64,000 nucleotides of DNA, taken from the NCBI RefSeq assembly GCF_963921235.1, contig NC_086097.1:137084001-137148000 (forward strand). Reading direction: 5' to 3'. This document shows, one piece after another, positions 50,901 to 62,900 of the stretch. The notes under the pieces were generated by a model. That model ran no database searches. It was not told the origin of the DNA and saw nothing but the letters and a program-made list of their open reading frames with translations. This DNA comes from Mobula hypostoma. Taxonomy: Eukaryota. Within the stretch, counting starts at the first letter, position 1. Every line of letters starts with the position of its first letter. Position numbers and translations under genes: made by a program.

Positions 50901-53900
50901 CCCGCACGTCCGCCGTCCTCCTCGTCTCTCCTCCGACTCCCCCCCAAAAACCCCGTCCACCATCCTCCTCGTCTCTCCTCCGACTCCCCCAAAAAACCCC
51001 GTCCACCATCCTCCTCGTCTCTCCTCCGACTCCCCCCCAAAAACCCCGTCCACCATCCTCCTCGTCTTTCCTCCGACTCCCCGCCAAAAATCCCCGCATG
51101 TCCACCGTCCTTCCCATCTCTCCTCCGACACCCCCCCAAAAACCCCGTCCACCGTCCTCCTCGTCTCTCCTCCAACTCCCCGCCAAAACCCCCGCACGTC
51201 CACCATCCTCCTCGTCTCTCCTCCAACACCCCGCCAAAAACCCCCACATGTCCACTGTCCTCCCCATCTCTCCTCCAACTCCCCCCAAAACCCCCGCACT
51301 TCCACCGTTCTTCCAGTCTCTCCTCCGACTCCCCGCCAAAAAACCCAGCACGTCCACCGTCCTCCCGTCTCTCCTCTGACTCCCCCCCCAAAACCCCGCA
51401 CGTCCACCGTCCTCCCAGTCTCTCCTCCGACTCCCCCCAAAAACCCCGTCCACAGTCCTCCCAGTCTCTCCTCCGACTCCCCCCAAAAACCCCGTCCACC
51501 GTCCTCCTCGTCTCTCCTCCGACTCCCCCCAAAAAACCCCGTCCACCATCCTCCTCGTCTCTCCTCTGACTCCCCTCCAAAAACCCCCACACGTCCAGCG
51601 ATCTCCCCGTCTCTCCTCCGACTCCCCCCAAAAACCCCGTCCACCGTCCTCCCCATCTCTCCTCCGACTCCCCCCAAAAACCCCCGACCATCCGCCGTCC
51701 TCCTTGTCTCTCCTTCGACTCCCCCCAAAAACCCCCGCACGTCTGCCATCCTCCTCGTCTCTCCTCCAACTCCCCGCCAAAAACCCCGCACGTCCACCGT
51801 CCTCCCCATCTCTCCTCTGACTCCCCACCAAAACCCCGTCCACCGTCCTCCCCGTCTCTCCTCTGACTCCCCGCCAAAAGACCCCACATGTCCACCGTTC
51901 TCCCCGTCTCTCCTCTGACTCCCCGTCAAAAACCCCCGCACGTCCACCGTCCTCCCAGTCTCTCCTCCAACTCCCCTCAAAAACCCCGTCCGCCATCCTC
52001 CCAGTCTCTCCTCCGACTCCCCCCTAAAACCCCGTCCACCGTCCTCCCAGTCTCTCCTCCGACTCCCCCCCAAAAACCCCCGCACGTCCGCCGTCCTCAT
52101 CTCTCCTCCGACTCCCCCGCAAAAACCCCGTCCACCATCCTCCTCGTCTCTCCTCCGACTCCCCCAAAAAACCCCGTCCACCGTCCTCCCAGTCTCTCCT
52201 CCGACTCCCCCCCAAAAACCCCCTCACGTCCGCCGTCCTCATCTCTCCTCCGACTCCCCCGCAAAAACTCCGTCCACCATCCTCCTCGTCTCTCCTCCGA
52301 CTCCCCCAAAAAACCCCGTCCACCGTCCTCCCAGTCTCTCCTCCGACTCCCCCCCAAAAACCCCCACACGTCCGCCGTCCTCCTCGTCCCTCCTCCGACT
52401 CCCCCCCAAAAACCCCGTCCACCATCCTCTTCATCTCTCCTCCGACTCCCCACCAAAACCCCATCCACCGTCCTCCCGGTTTCTCCTCCGACTCCCTTCC
52501 AAAAACCCCGTCCACTGACCTCCTCGTCTCCTCTCCAACTCCCCGCCAAAACCCCCGCACGTCCACCGTCCTCCTCGTCTCTCCTCCAACTCCCCGCCAA
52601 AACCCCCACACGTCCACCGTCCTCCCGTCTCTCCTCCAACTCCCCGCCAAAACCCCGCACGTCCACCGTCCTCCCAGTCTCTCCTCCAACTCCCCGCCAA
52701 AACCCCGCACGTCCACCGTCCTCCCAGTCTCTCCTCCAACTCCCCGCCAAAACCCCCGCACGCCCACCGTCCTCTCAGTCACTCCTCCGACTCCCCCCCC
52801 CAAAACCCCCGCACATCCACCGTCCTCCCAGTCTCTCCTCCGACTCCCCGCCAAAACCCCCACACGTCCAACGTCCTCACAGTTTCTCCTCCGACTCCCT
52901 GCCAAAACCCCCACACGTCCACCGTCCTCCCTCTCCTCTGACGCCCCCCCAAAACCCCGCACGTCCACCGTCTTCCCGTCTCTCCTCCAACTCCCCGCCA
53001 AAAAACCCCGCACGTCCACCGTCCTCCCGTCTCTCCTCTGACTCCCCCCCAAAACCCCGCACGTCCACCGTCCTCCCCGTCTCTCCTCCAACTCCCCTCC
53101 AAAAACCCTGTCAACCGTCCTCCCCGTCTCTCCTTTGACTCCCCCCAAAAACCCCTGCACATCCGCCGTCCTCCTCGTCTCTCCTCCATCTCCCCTCCAA
53201 AAACCCTGTCAACCGTCCTCCTCGTCTCTCCTCCGACTCCACGCCAAAAACCCCCGCATGTCCACCGTCCTCCCCGTCTCTCCTCCGACTCCCCGCCCAA
53301 AATCCCCGCACGCCCACCGTCCTCCCAGTCTCTCCTCCGACTCCCCCCCCAAAACCCCCGCATGTCCACCGTCCTCCCAGTCTCTCCTCCGACTCCCCGC
53401 CAAAAACCCCGTCCACCGTCCTCCTTGTCTCTCCTCCGACTCCCCGTCAAAAACCCCCGCACGTCCACCGTCCACCCCGTCTCTCCTCCGACTCCCCACC
53501 AAAAACCCCCGCACGTCCACCGTCCTCCCAGTCTCTCCTCCGACTCCCCGCCAAAAACCCCGTCCACCGTCCTCCTTGTCTCTCCTCCGACTCCCCGTCA
53601 AAAACCCCCGCACGTCCACCGTCCTCCCCGTCTCTCCTCCGACTCCCCACCAAAAACCCCCGCACGTCCACCGTCCTCCCCGTCTCTCCTCCAACTCCCT
53701 TCCAAAAACCCCGTCCACCGTCCTCCCCGTCTCTCCTCTGACTCCCCCCACAAAACCCCCACACTTCCACCGTCCTTCCAGTCTCTCCTCCGACTCCCCG
53801 CCAAAAACCCCCACACGTCCACTGTCCTCGTCCCTCCTCCAACTCCCCACCTCAAAACCCCCGCACGTCCACCGTCCTCCCAGTCTCTCCTCCAACTCCC

Positions 53901-56900
53901 CCCAAAAACCCCGTCCGCCATCCTCCCAGTCTCTCCTCTGACTCCCACCCAAAAACCCCCGCACGTCCACCGTCCTCCCCGTCTCTCCTCCGACTCCCCA
54001 CCAAAAACCCCCGCATGTCCAACGTCCTCACAGTTTCTCCTCCGACTCCCTGCCAAAACCCCCACACGTCCACCGTCCTCCCGTCTCTCCTCTGACGCCC
54101 CCCCAAAACCCCCGCACGTCCGCCGTCCTCCCCGTCTCTCCTCCAACTCCCCGCCAAAAAACCCCGCACGTCCACCGTCCTCCCGTCTCTCCTCTGACTC
54201 CCCCCCAAAACCCCGCACGTCCATCGTCCTCCCAGTCTCTCCTCCGACTCCCCCCAAAAACCCCGTCCACCGTCCTCCCAGTCTCTCCTCCGACTCCCCC
54301 CAAAAACCCCGTCCACCGTTCCTCCTCGTCTCTCCTCCGACTCCCCCCAAAAACCCCGTCCACCATCCTCCTCGTCTCTCCTCCGACTCCCCCAAAAACC
54401 CCGTCCACCGTCCTCCCCGTCTCTCCTCCGACTCCCCGCCAAAAACCCCCACATGTCCACTGTCCTCCCCATCTCTCCTCCGACTCCCCGTCAAAAACCC
54501 CGTCCACCGACCTCCTCGTCTCCTCTCCAACTCCCCGCCAAAACCCCCGCACGTCCACCGTCCTCCTCGTCTCTCCTCCAACTCCCCGCCAAAACCCCCA
54601 CACGTCCACCGTCCTCCCGTCTCTCCTCCAACTCCCCGCCAAAACCCCGCACGTCCACCGTCCTCCCAGTCTCTCCTCCAACTCCCCGCCAAAACCCTGC
54701 ACGTCCACCGTCCTCCCAGTCTCTCCTCCAACTCCCCGCCAAAACACCCGCACGCCCACCGTCCTCCCAGTCACTCCTCCGACTCCCCCCCCAAAACCCC
54801 CGCACATCCACCGTCCTCCCAGTCTCTCCTCCGACTCCCCGCCAAAACCCCCACACGTCCACCGTCCTCCCCGTCTCTCCTTCGACTGCCCCCAAAAACC
54901 CCCACACGTCCACCGTCCTCCCCGTCTCTCCTCCAACTCCCCTCCAAAAACCCTGTCAACCGTCCTCCCCGTCTCTCCTTCGACTCCCCCCAAAAACACT
55001 TGCACATCCGCCGTCCTCCTCGTCTCTCCTCCATCTCCCCTCCAAAAACCCTGTCAACCGTCCTCCTCGTCTCTCCTCCGACTCCCCGCCCAAAACCCCC
55101 GCACGCCCACCGTCCTCCCAGTCTCTCCTCCGACTTCCCCCCCAAAACCCCCGCATGTCCACCGTCCTCCCAGTCTCTCCTCCGACTCCCCGCCAAAAAC
55201 CCCGTCCACCGTCCTGCTTGTCTCTCCTCCGACTCCCCGTCAAAAACCCCCGCACGTCCACCATCCTCCCCGTCTCTCCTCCGACTCCCCACCAAAAACC
55301 CCCGCACGTCCACCGTCCTCCCAGTCTCTCCTCCGACTCCCCGCCAAAAACCCCGTCCACCGTCCTCCTTGTCTCTCCTCCGACTCCCCGTCAAAAACCC
55401 CCGCACGTCCACCGTCCTCCCCGTCTCTCCTCCGACTCCCCACCAAAAACCCCCGCACGTCCACCGTCCTCCCCGTCTCTCCTCCAACTCCCCGCCCAAA
55501 AACCCCGTCCACCGTCCTCCCCGTCTCTCCTCTGACTCCCCCCCCTAACCCCCGCACTTCCACCGTCCTTCCAGTCTCTCCTCCGACTCCCCGCCAAAAA
55601 CCCCCACACGTCCACTGTCCTCGTCCCTCCTCCAACTCCCCACCCCAAAACCCCCGCATGTCCAACGTCCTCACAGTTTCTCCTCCGACTCCCTGCCAAA
55701 ACCCCCACACGTCCACCGTCCTCCCGTCTCTCCTCTGACGCCCCCCCAAAACCCCACACGTCCACCGTCTTCCCGTCTCTCCTCCGACTCCCCGCCAAAA
55801 ACCCCGTCCACCGTCCTGCTTGTCTCTCCTCCGACTCCCCGTCAAAAACCCCCGCACGTCCACCATCCTCCCCGTCTCTCCTCCGACTCCCCCCCAAAAA
55901 CCCCCGCACGTCCACCGTCCTCCCAGTCTCTCCTCCGACTCCCCGCCAAAAACCCCGTCCACCGTCCTCCTTGTCTCTCCTCCGACTCCCCGTCAAAAAC
56001 CCCCGCACGTCCACCGTCCTCCCCGTCTCTCCTCCGACTCCCCACCAAAAACCCCCGCACGTCCACCGTCCTCCCCGTCTCTCCTCCAACTCCCCCCCCA
56101 AAAACCCCGTCCACCGTCCTCCCCGTCTCTCCTCTGACTCCCCCCCCAAAACCCCCGCACTTCCACCGTCCTTCCAGTCTCTCCTCCGACTCCCCGCCAA
56201 AAACCCCCACACGTCCACTGTCCTCGTCCCTCCTCCAACTCCCCACCCCAAAACCCCCGCATGTCCAACGTCCTCACAGTTTCTCCTCCGACTCCCTGCC
56301 AAAACCCCCACACGTCCACCGTCCTCCCGTCTCTCCTCTGACGCCCCCCCAAAACCCCACACGTCCACCGTCTTCCCGTCTCTCCTCCAACTCCCCGCCA
56401 AAAAACCCCGCACGTCCACCGTCCTCCCGTCTCTCCTCTGACTCCCCCCCAAAACCCCGCACGTCCACCGTCCTCCCCGTCTCTCCTCCGACTCCCCCCA
56501 AAAACCCCGTCCACCGTCCTCCCAGTCTCTCCTCCGACTCCCCCCAAAAACCCCGTCCACCGTCCTCCTCGTCTCTCCTCCGACTCCCCCCCAAAAACCC
56601 CGTACACCATCCTCCTCGTCTCTCCTCCGACTCCCCCAAAAACCCCGTCCACCGTCCTCCCCGTCTCTCCTCCGACTCCCCGCCAAAAACCCCCACATGT
56701 CCACTGTCCTCCCCATCTCTCCTCCGACTCCCCGTCAAAAACCCCGTCCACCGACCTCGTCTCCTCTCCAACTCCCCGCCAAAACCCCCGTACGTCCACC
56801 GTCCTCCTCGTCTCTCCTCCAACTCCCCGCCAAAACCCCCACACGTCCACCGTCCTCCCGTCTCTCCTCCAACTCCCCGCCAAAACCCCGCACGTCCACC

Positions 56901-59900
56901 GTCCTCCCAGTCTCTCCTCCAACTCCCCGCCAAAACCCCGCACGTCCACCGTCCTCCCAGTCTCTCCTCCAACTCCCCGCCAAAACACCCGCACGCCCAC
57001 CGTCCTCCCAGTCACTCCTCCGACTCCCCCCCCCAAAATCCCCGCACATCCACCGTCCTCCCAGTCTCTCCTCTGACTCCCCGCCAAAACCCCCACACGT
57101 CCACCGTCCTCCCCGTCTCTCCTTCGACTGCCCCCAAAAACCCCCACACGTCCACCCTCCTCCCCGTCTCTCCTCCAACTCCCCTCCAAAAACCCTGTCA
57201 ACCGTCCTCCCCGTCTCTCCTTCGACTCCCCCCAAAAACCCTTGCACATCCGCCGTCCTCCTCGTCTCTCCTCCATCTCCCCTCCAAAAACCCTGTCAAC
57301 CGTCCTCCTCGTCTCTCCTCCGACTCCCCGCCCAAAACCCCCGCACGCCCACCGTCCTCCCCGTCTCTCCTCCAACTCCCCGCCCAAAAACCCCGTCCAC
57401 CGTCCTCCCCGTCTCTCCTCTGACTCCCCCCCCAAAACCCCCGCACTTCCACCGTCCTTCCAGTCTCTCCTCCGACTCCCCGCCAAAAACCCCCACACGT
57501 CCACTGTCCTCGTCCCTCCTCCAACTCCCCACCCCAAAACCCCCGCATGTCCAACGTCCTCACAGTTTCTCCTCCGACTCCCTGCCAAAACCCCCACACG
57601 TCCACCGTCCTCCCGTCTCTCCTCTGACTCCCCCCACAAAACCCCGCACGTCCACCGTCTTCCCGTCTCTCCTCCAACTACCCGCCAAAACCCCCACACG
57701 TCCACCGTCCTCCGCGTCTCTCCTCCAACTCCCTTCCAAAAACCCCGTCCACCGTCCTCCCCGTCTCTCCTCTGACTCCCCCCACAAAACCCCCGCACTT
57801 CCACCGTCCTTCCAGTCTCTCCTCCGACTCCCCGCCAAAAACCCCCACACGTCCACTGTCCTCGTCCCTCCTCCAACTCCCCACCTCAAAACCCCCGCAC
57901 GTCCACCGTCCTCCCAGTCTCTCCTCCAACTCCCCCCAAAAACCCCGCCCACCATCCTCCCAGTCTCTCCTCCGACTCCCCCCTAAAACCCCGTCCACCG
58001 TCCTCCCGTCTCTCCTCTGACGCCCCCCCAAAACCCCACACGTCCACCGTCTTCCCGTCTCTCCTCCAACTCCCCGCCAAAAAACCCCGCACGTCCACCG
58101 TCCTCCCGTCTCTCCTCTGACTCCCCCCCAAAACCCCGCACGTCCACCGTCCTCCCCGTCTCTCCTCCGACTCCCCCCAAAAACCCCGTCCACCGTCCTC
58201 CCAGTCTCTCCTCCGACTCCCCCCAAAAACCCCGTCCACCGTCCTCCTCGTCTCTCCTCCGACTCCCCCCCAAAAACCCCGTCCACCATCCTCCTCGTCT
58301 CTCCTCCGACTCCCCCAAAAACCCCGTCCACCGTCCTCCCCGTCTCTCCTCCGACTCCCCGCCAAAAACCCCCACATGTCCACTGTCCTCCCCATCTGTC
58401 CTCCGACTCCCCGTCAAAAACCCCGTCCACCGACCTCCTCGTCTCCTCTCCAACTCCCCGCCAAAACCCCCGTACGTCCACCGTCCTCCTCGTCTCTCCT
58501 CCAACTCCCCGCCAAAACCCCCACACGTCCACCATCCTCCCGTCTCTCCTCCAACTCCCCGCCAAAACCCCGCACGTCCACCGTCCTCCCAGTCTCTCCT
58601 CCAACTCCCCGCCAAAACCCCGCACGTCCACCGTCCTCCCAGTCTCTCCTCCAACTCCCCGCCAAAACACCCGCACGCCCACCGTCCTCCCAGTCACTCC
58701 TCCGACTCCCCCCCAAAACCCCCGCACATCCACCGTCCTCCCAGTCTCTCCTCTGACTCCCCGCCAAAACCCCCGCACGTCCACCGTCCTCCCAGTCTCT
58801 CCTCTGACTCCCCGCCAAAACCCCCACACGTCCACCGTCCTCCCCGTCTCTCCTTCGACTGCCTCCAAAAACCCCCACACGTCCACCGTCCTCCCCGTCT
58901 CTCCTCCAACTCCCCTCCAAAAACCCTGTCAACCGTCCTCCCCGTCTCTCCTTCGACTCCCCCCAAAAACCCTTGCACATCCGCCGTCCTCCTCGTCTCT
59001 CCTCCATCTCCCCTCCAAAAACCCTGTCAACCGTCCTCCTCGTCTCTCCTCCGACTCCCCGCCCAAAACCCCCGCACGCCCACCGTCCTCCCAGTCTCTC
59101 CTCCGACTCCCCCCCCCAAAACCCCCGCATGTCCACCGTCCTCCCAGTCTCTCCTCCGACTCCCCGCCAAAAACCCCGTCCACCGTCCTGCTTGTCTCTC
59201 CTCCGACTCCCCGTCAAAAACCCCCGCACGTCCACCATCCTCCCCGTCTCTCCTCCGACTCCCCACCAAAAACCCCCGCACGTCCACCGTCCTCCCAGTC
59301 TCTCCTCCGACTCCCCGCCAAAAACCCCGTCCACCGTCCTCCTTGTCTCTCCTCCGACTCCCCGTCAAAAACCCCCGCAGGTCCACCGTCCTCCCCGTCT
59401 CTCCTCCGACTCCCCACCAAAAACCCCCGCACGTCCACCGTCCTCCCCGTCTCTCCTCCAACTCCCCGCCCAAAAACCCCGTCCACCGTCCTCCCCGTCT
59501 CTCCTCTGACTCCCCCCCCAAAACCCCCGCACTTCCACCGTCCTCCCGTCTCTCCTCTGACTCCCCCCCAAAACCCCGCACGTCCACCGTCCTCCCCGTC
59601 TCTCCTCCGACTCCCCTCAAAAACCCCGTCCACCGTCCTCCCAGTCTCTCCTCCGACTCCCCCCAAAAACCCCGTCCACCGTCCTCCTCGTCTCTCCTCC
59701 GACTCCCCCCCAAAAACCCCGTCCACCATCCTCCTCGTCTCTCCTCCGACTCCCCCAAAAACCCCGTCCAACGTCCTCACAGTTTCTCCTCCAACTGCCA
59801 AAACCCCCGCACGTCCACCGTCCTCCCAGTCTCTCCTCCGACTCCCCGCCAAAAACCCCGTCCACCGTCCTCCTTGTCTCTCCTCCGACTCCCCGTCAAA

Positions 59901-62900
59901 AACCCCCGCAGGTCCACCGTCCTCCCCGTCTCTCCTCCGACTCCCCACCAAAAACCCCCGCACGTCCACCGTCCTCCCCGTCTCTCCTCCAACTCCCCGC
60001 CCAAAAACCCCGTCCACCGTCCTCCCCGTCTCTCCTCTGACTCCCCCCCCAAAACCCCCGCACTTCCACCGTCCTTCCAGTCTCTCCTCCGACTCCCCGC
60101 CAAAAACCCCCACACGTCCACTGTCCTCGTCCCTCCTCCAACTCCCCACCCCAAAACCCCCGCATGTCCAACGTCCTCACAGTTTCTCCTCCGACTCCCT
60201 GCCAAAACCCCCACACGTCCACCGTCCTCCCGTCTCTCCTCTGACTCCCCCCACAAAACCCCTCACGTCCACCGTCTTCCCGTCTCTCCTCCAACTCCCC
60301 GCCAAAAACCCCCACACGTCCACTGTCCTCGTCCCTCCTCCAACTCCCCACCTCAAAACCCCCGCACGTCCACCGTCCTCCCGTCTCTCCTCTGACTCCC
60401 CCCCAAAACCCCGCACGTCCACCGTCCTCCCCGTCTCTCCTCCGACTCCCCCCAAAAACCCCGTCCACCGTCCTCCCAGTCTCTCCTCCGACTCCCCCCA
60501 AAAACCCCGTCCACCGTCCTCCTCGTCTCTCCTCCGACTCCCCCCCAAAAACCCCGTCCACCATCCTCCTCGTCTCTCCTCCGACTCCCCCAAAAACCCC
60601 GTCCAACGTCCTCACAGTTTCTCCTCCGACTCCCTGCCAAAACCCCCACACGTCCACCGTCCTCCCGTCTCTCCTCTGACTCCCCCCACAAAACCCCGCA
60701 CGTCCACCGTCTTCCCGTCTCTCCTCCAACTCCCCGCCAAAAACCCCCACACGTCCACTGTCCTCGTCCCTCCTCCAACTCCCCACCTCAAAACCCCCGC
60801 ACGTCCACCGTCCTCCCAGTCTCTCCTCCAACTCCCCCCAAAAACCCCGCCCACCATCCTCCCAGTCTCTCCTCCGACTCCCCCCTAAAACCCCGTCCAC
60901 CGTCCTCCCAGTCTCTCCTCCGACTCCCCCCAAAAACCCCCGCATGTCCAACGTCCTCACAGTTTCTCCTCCAACTCCCTGCCAAAACCCCCACACGTCC
61001 ACCGTCCTCCCGTCTCTCCTCTGACGCCCCCCCCAAAACCCCGCACGTCCACCGTCTTCCCGTCTCTCCTCCAACTCCCCGCCAAAATACCCCGCACGTC
61101 CACCGTCCTCCCGTCTCTCCTCTGACTCCCCCCCCAAAACCCCGCACGTCCACCGTCCTCCCAGTCTCTCCTCCGACTCCCCCCAAAAACCCCGTCCACC
61201 GTCCTCCCAGTCTCTCCTCCGACTCCCCCCAAAATCCCCGTCCACCGTCCTCCTCGTCTCTCCTCCGACTCCCCCCCAAAAACCCCGTCCACCATCCTCC
61301 TCGTCTCTCCTCCGACTCCCCGCCAAAAACCCCCGCACGTCCACCGTCCTCCCAGTCTCTCCTCCGACTCCCCCCCAAAAACCCCGTCCACCATCCTCCT
61401 CGTCTCTCCTCTGACTCCCCTCCAAAAACCCCCACACATCCAGCGATCTCCCCGTCTCTCCTCCGACTCCCCCCAAAAACCCCGTCCACCGTCCTCCCCA
61501 TCTCTCCTCCGACTCCCCCCCAAAAACCCCGTCCACCATCCTCCTCGTCTCTCCTCTGACTCCCCTCCAAAAACCCCCACACGTCCAGCGATCTCCCCGT
61601 CTCTCCTCCGACTCCCCCCAAAAACCCCGTCCACCGTCCTCCCCATCTCTCCTCCGACTCCCCCCAAAAACCCCCGCACGTCTGCCATCCTCCTCGTCTC
61701 TCCTCCAACTCCCCGCCAAAAACCCCGCACGTCCACCGTCCTCCCCGTCTCTCCTCCAACTCCCCGTCTCTCCACCGTCCTCCCCGTCTCTCCTCCAACT
61801 CCCCGTCTCTCCACCGTCCTCCCCGTCTCTCCTCCGACTCCCCGCCAAAACCCCGTACGTCCACCGTCCTCCCGGTTTCTCCTCCGACTCCCCAGCCAAA
61901 ACCCCCACACGTCCACCGTCCTCCCAGTCTCTCCTCCGACTCCCTGCCAAAAACCCCCACACGTCCGCCGTCCTCCTCGTCTCTCCTCCGACTCCCCTCC
62001 AAAAACCCCCGCATGTCCACCGTCCTCCCAGTCTCTCCTCCGACTCCCCTCCAAAAACCCCTGCACGTCCACTGTCCTTCTGGTCTCTCCTCCGACTCCC
62101 CACCAAAACTCCCGCACGTCCACCGTCCTCCCACTCTCTCCTCCAACTCCCCGCCAAAACCCCCGCACGTCCACCGTCCTCCTCGTCTCTCCTCCAACTC
62201 CCCGCCAAAACCCCCGCACGTCCACCGTCCTCCCAGTCTCTCCTCCAACTCCCCGCCAAAACCCCGCACGTCCACCGTCCTCCCGTCTCTCCTCTGACTC
62301 CCCCCCCAAAACCCCGTCCACCATCCTCCTCGTCTCTCCTCTGACTCCCCTCCAAAAACCACCACACGTCCAGCGTCCTCCCCGTCTCTCCTCCAACTCC
62401 CCCCAAAAACCCCCGCACGTCCGCTGTCCTCCTTGCCTCTCCTCCGACTCCCCTCCAAAAACCCCATCCACCGTCCTCCTCATCTTTCCTCCGCCTCCCC
62501 GCCAAAAACCCCCACACATCCACCGTCCTCCTCGTCTCTCCTCCAACTCCCCGCCAAAACCCCCGCACGTCCACCGTCCTCCCAGTCTCTCCTCCGACTC
62601 CACGCCAAAAACCCCCGCATGTCCACTGTCCTCGTCCCTCCTCCAACTCCCCACCTCAAAACCCCCGCACGTCCACCGTCCTCCCGTCTCTCCTCTGACT
62701 CCCCCCCCAAAACCCCATCCACCATCCTCCTCGTCTCTCCTCTGACTCCCCTCCAAAAACCACCACACGTCCAGCGTCCTCCCCGTCTCTCCTCCAACTC
62801 CCCCCAAAAACCCCCGCACGTCCGCTGTCCTCCTTGCCTCTCCTCCGACTCCCCTCCAAAAACCCCATCCACCGTCCTCCTCATCTTTCCTCCGCCTCCC

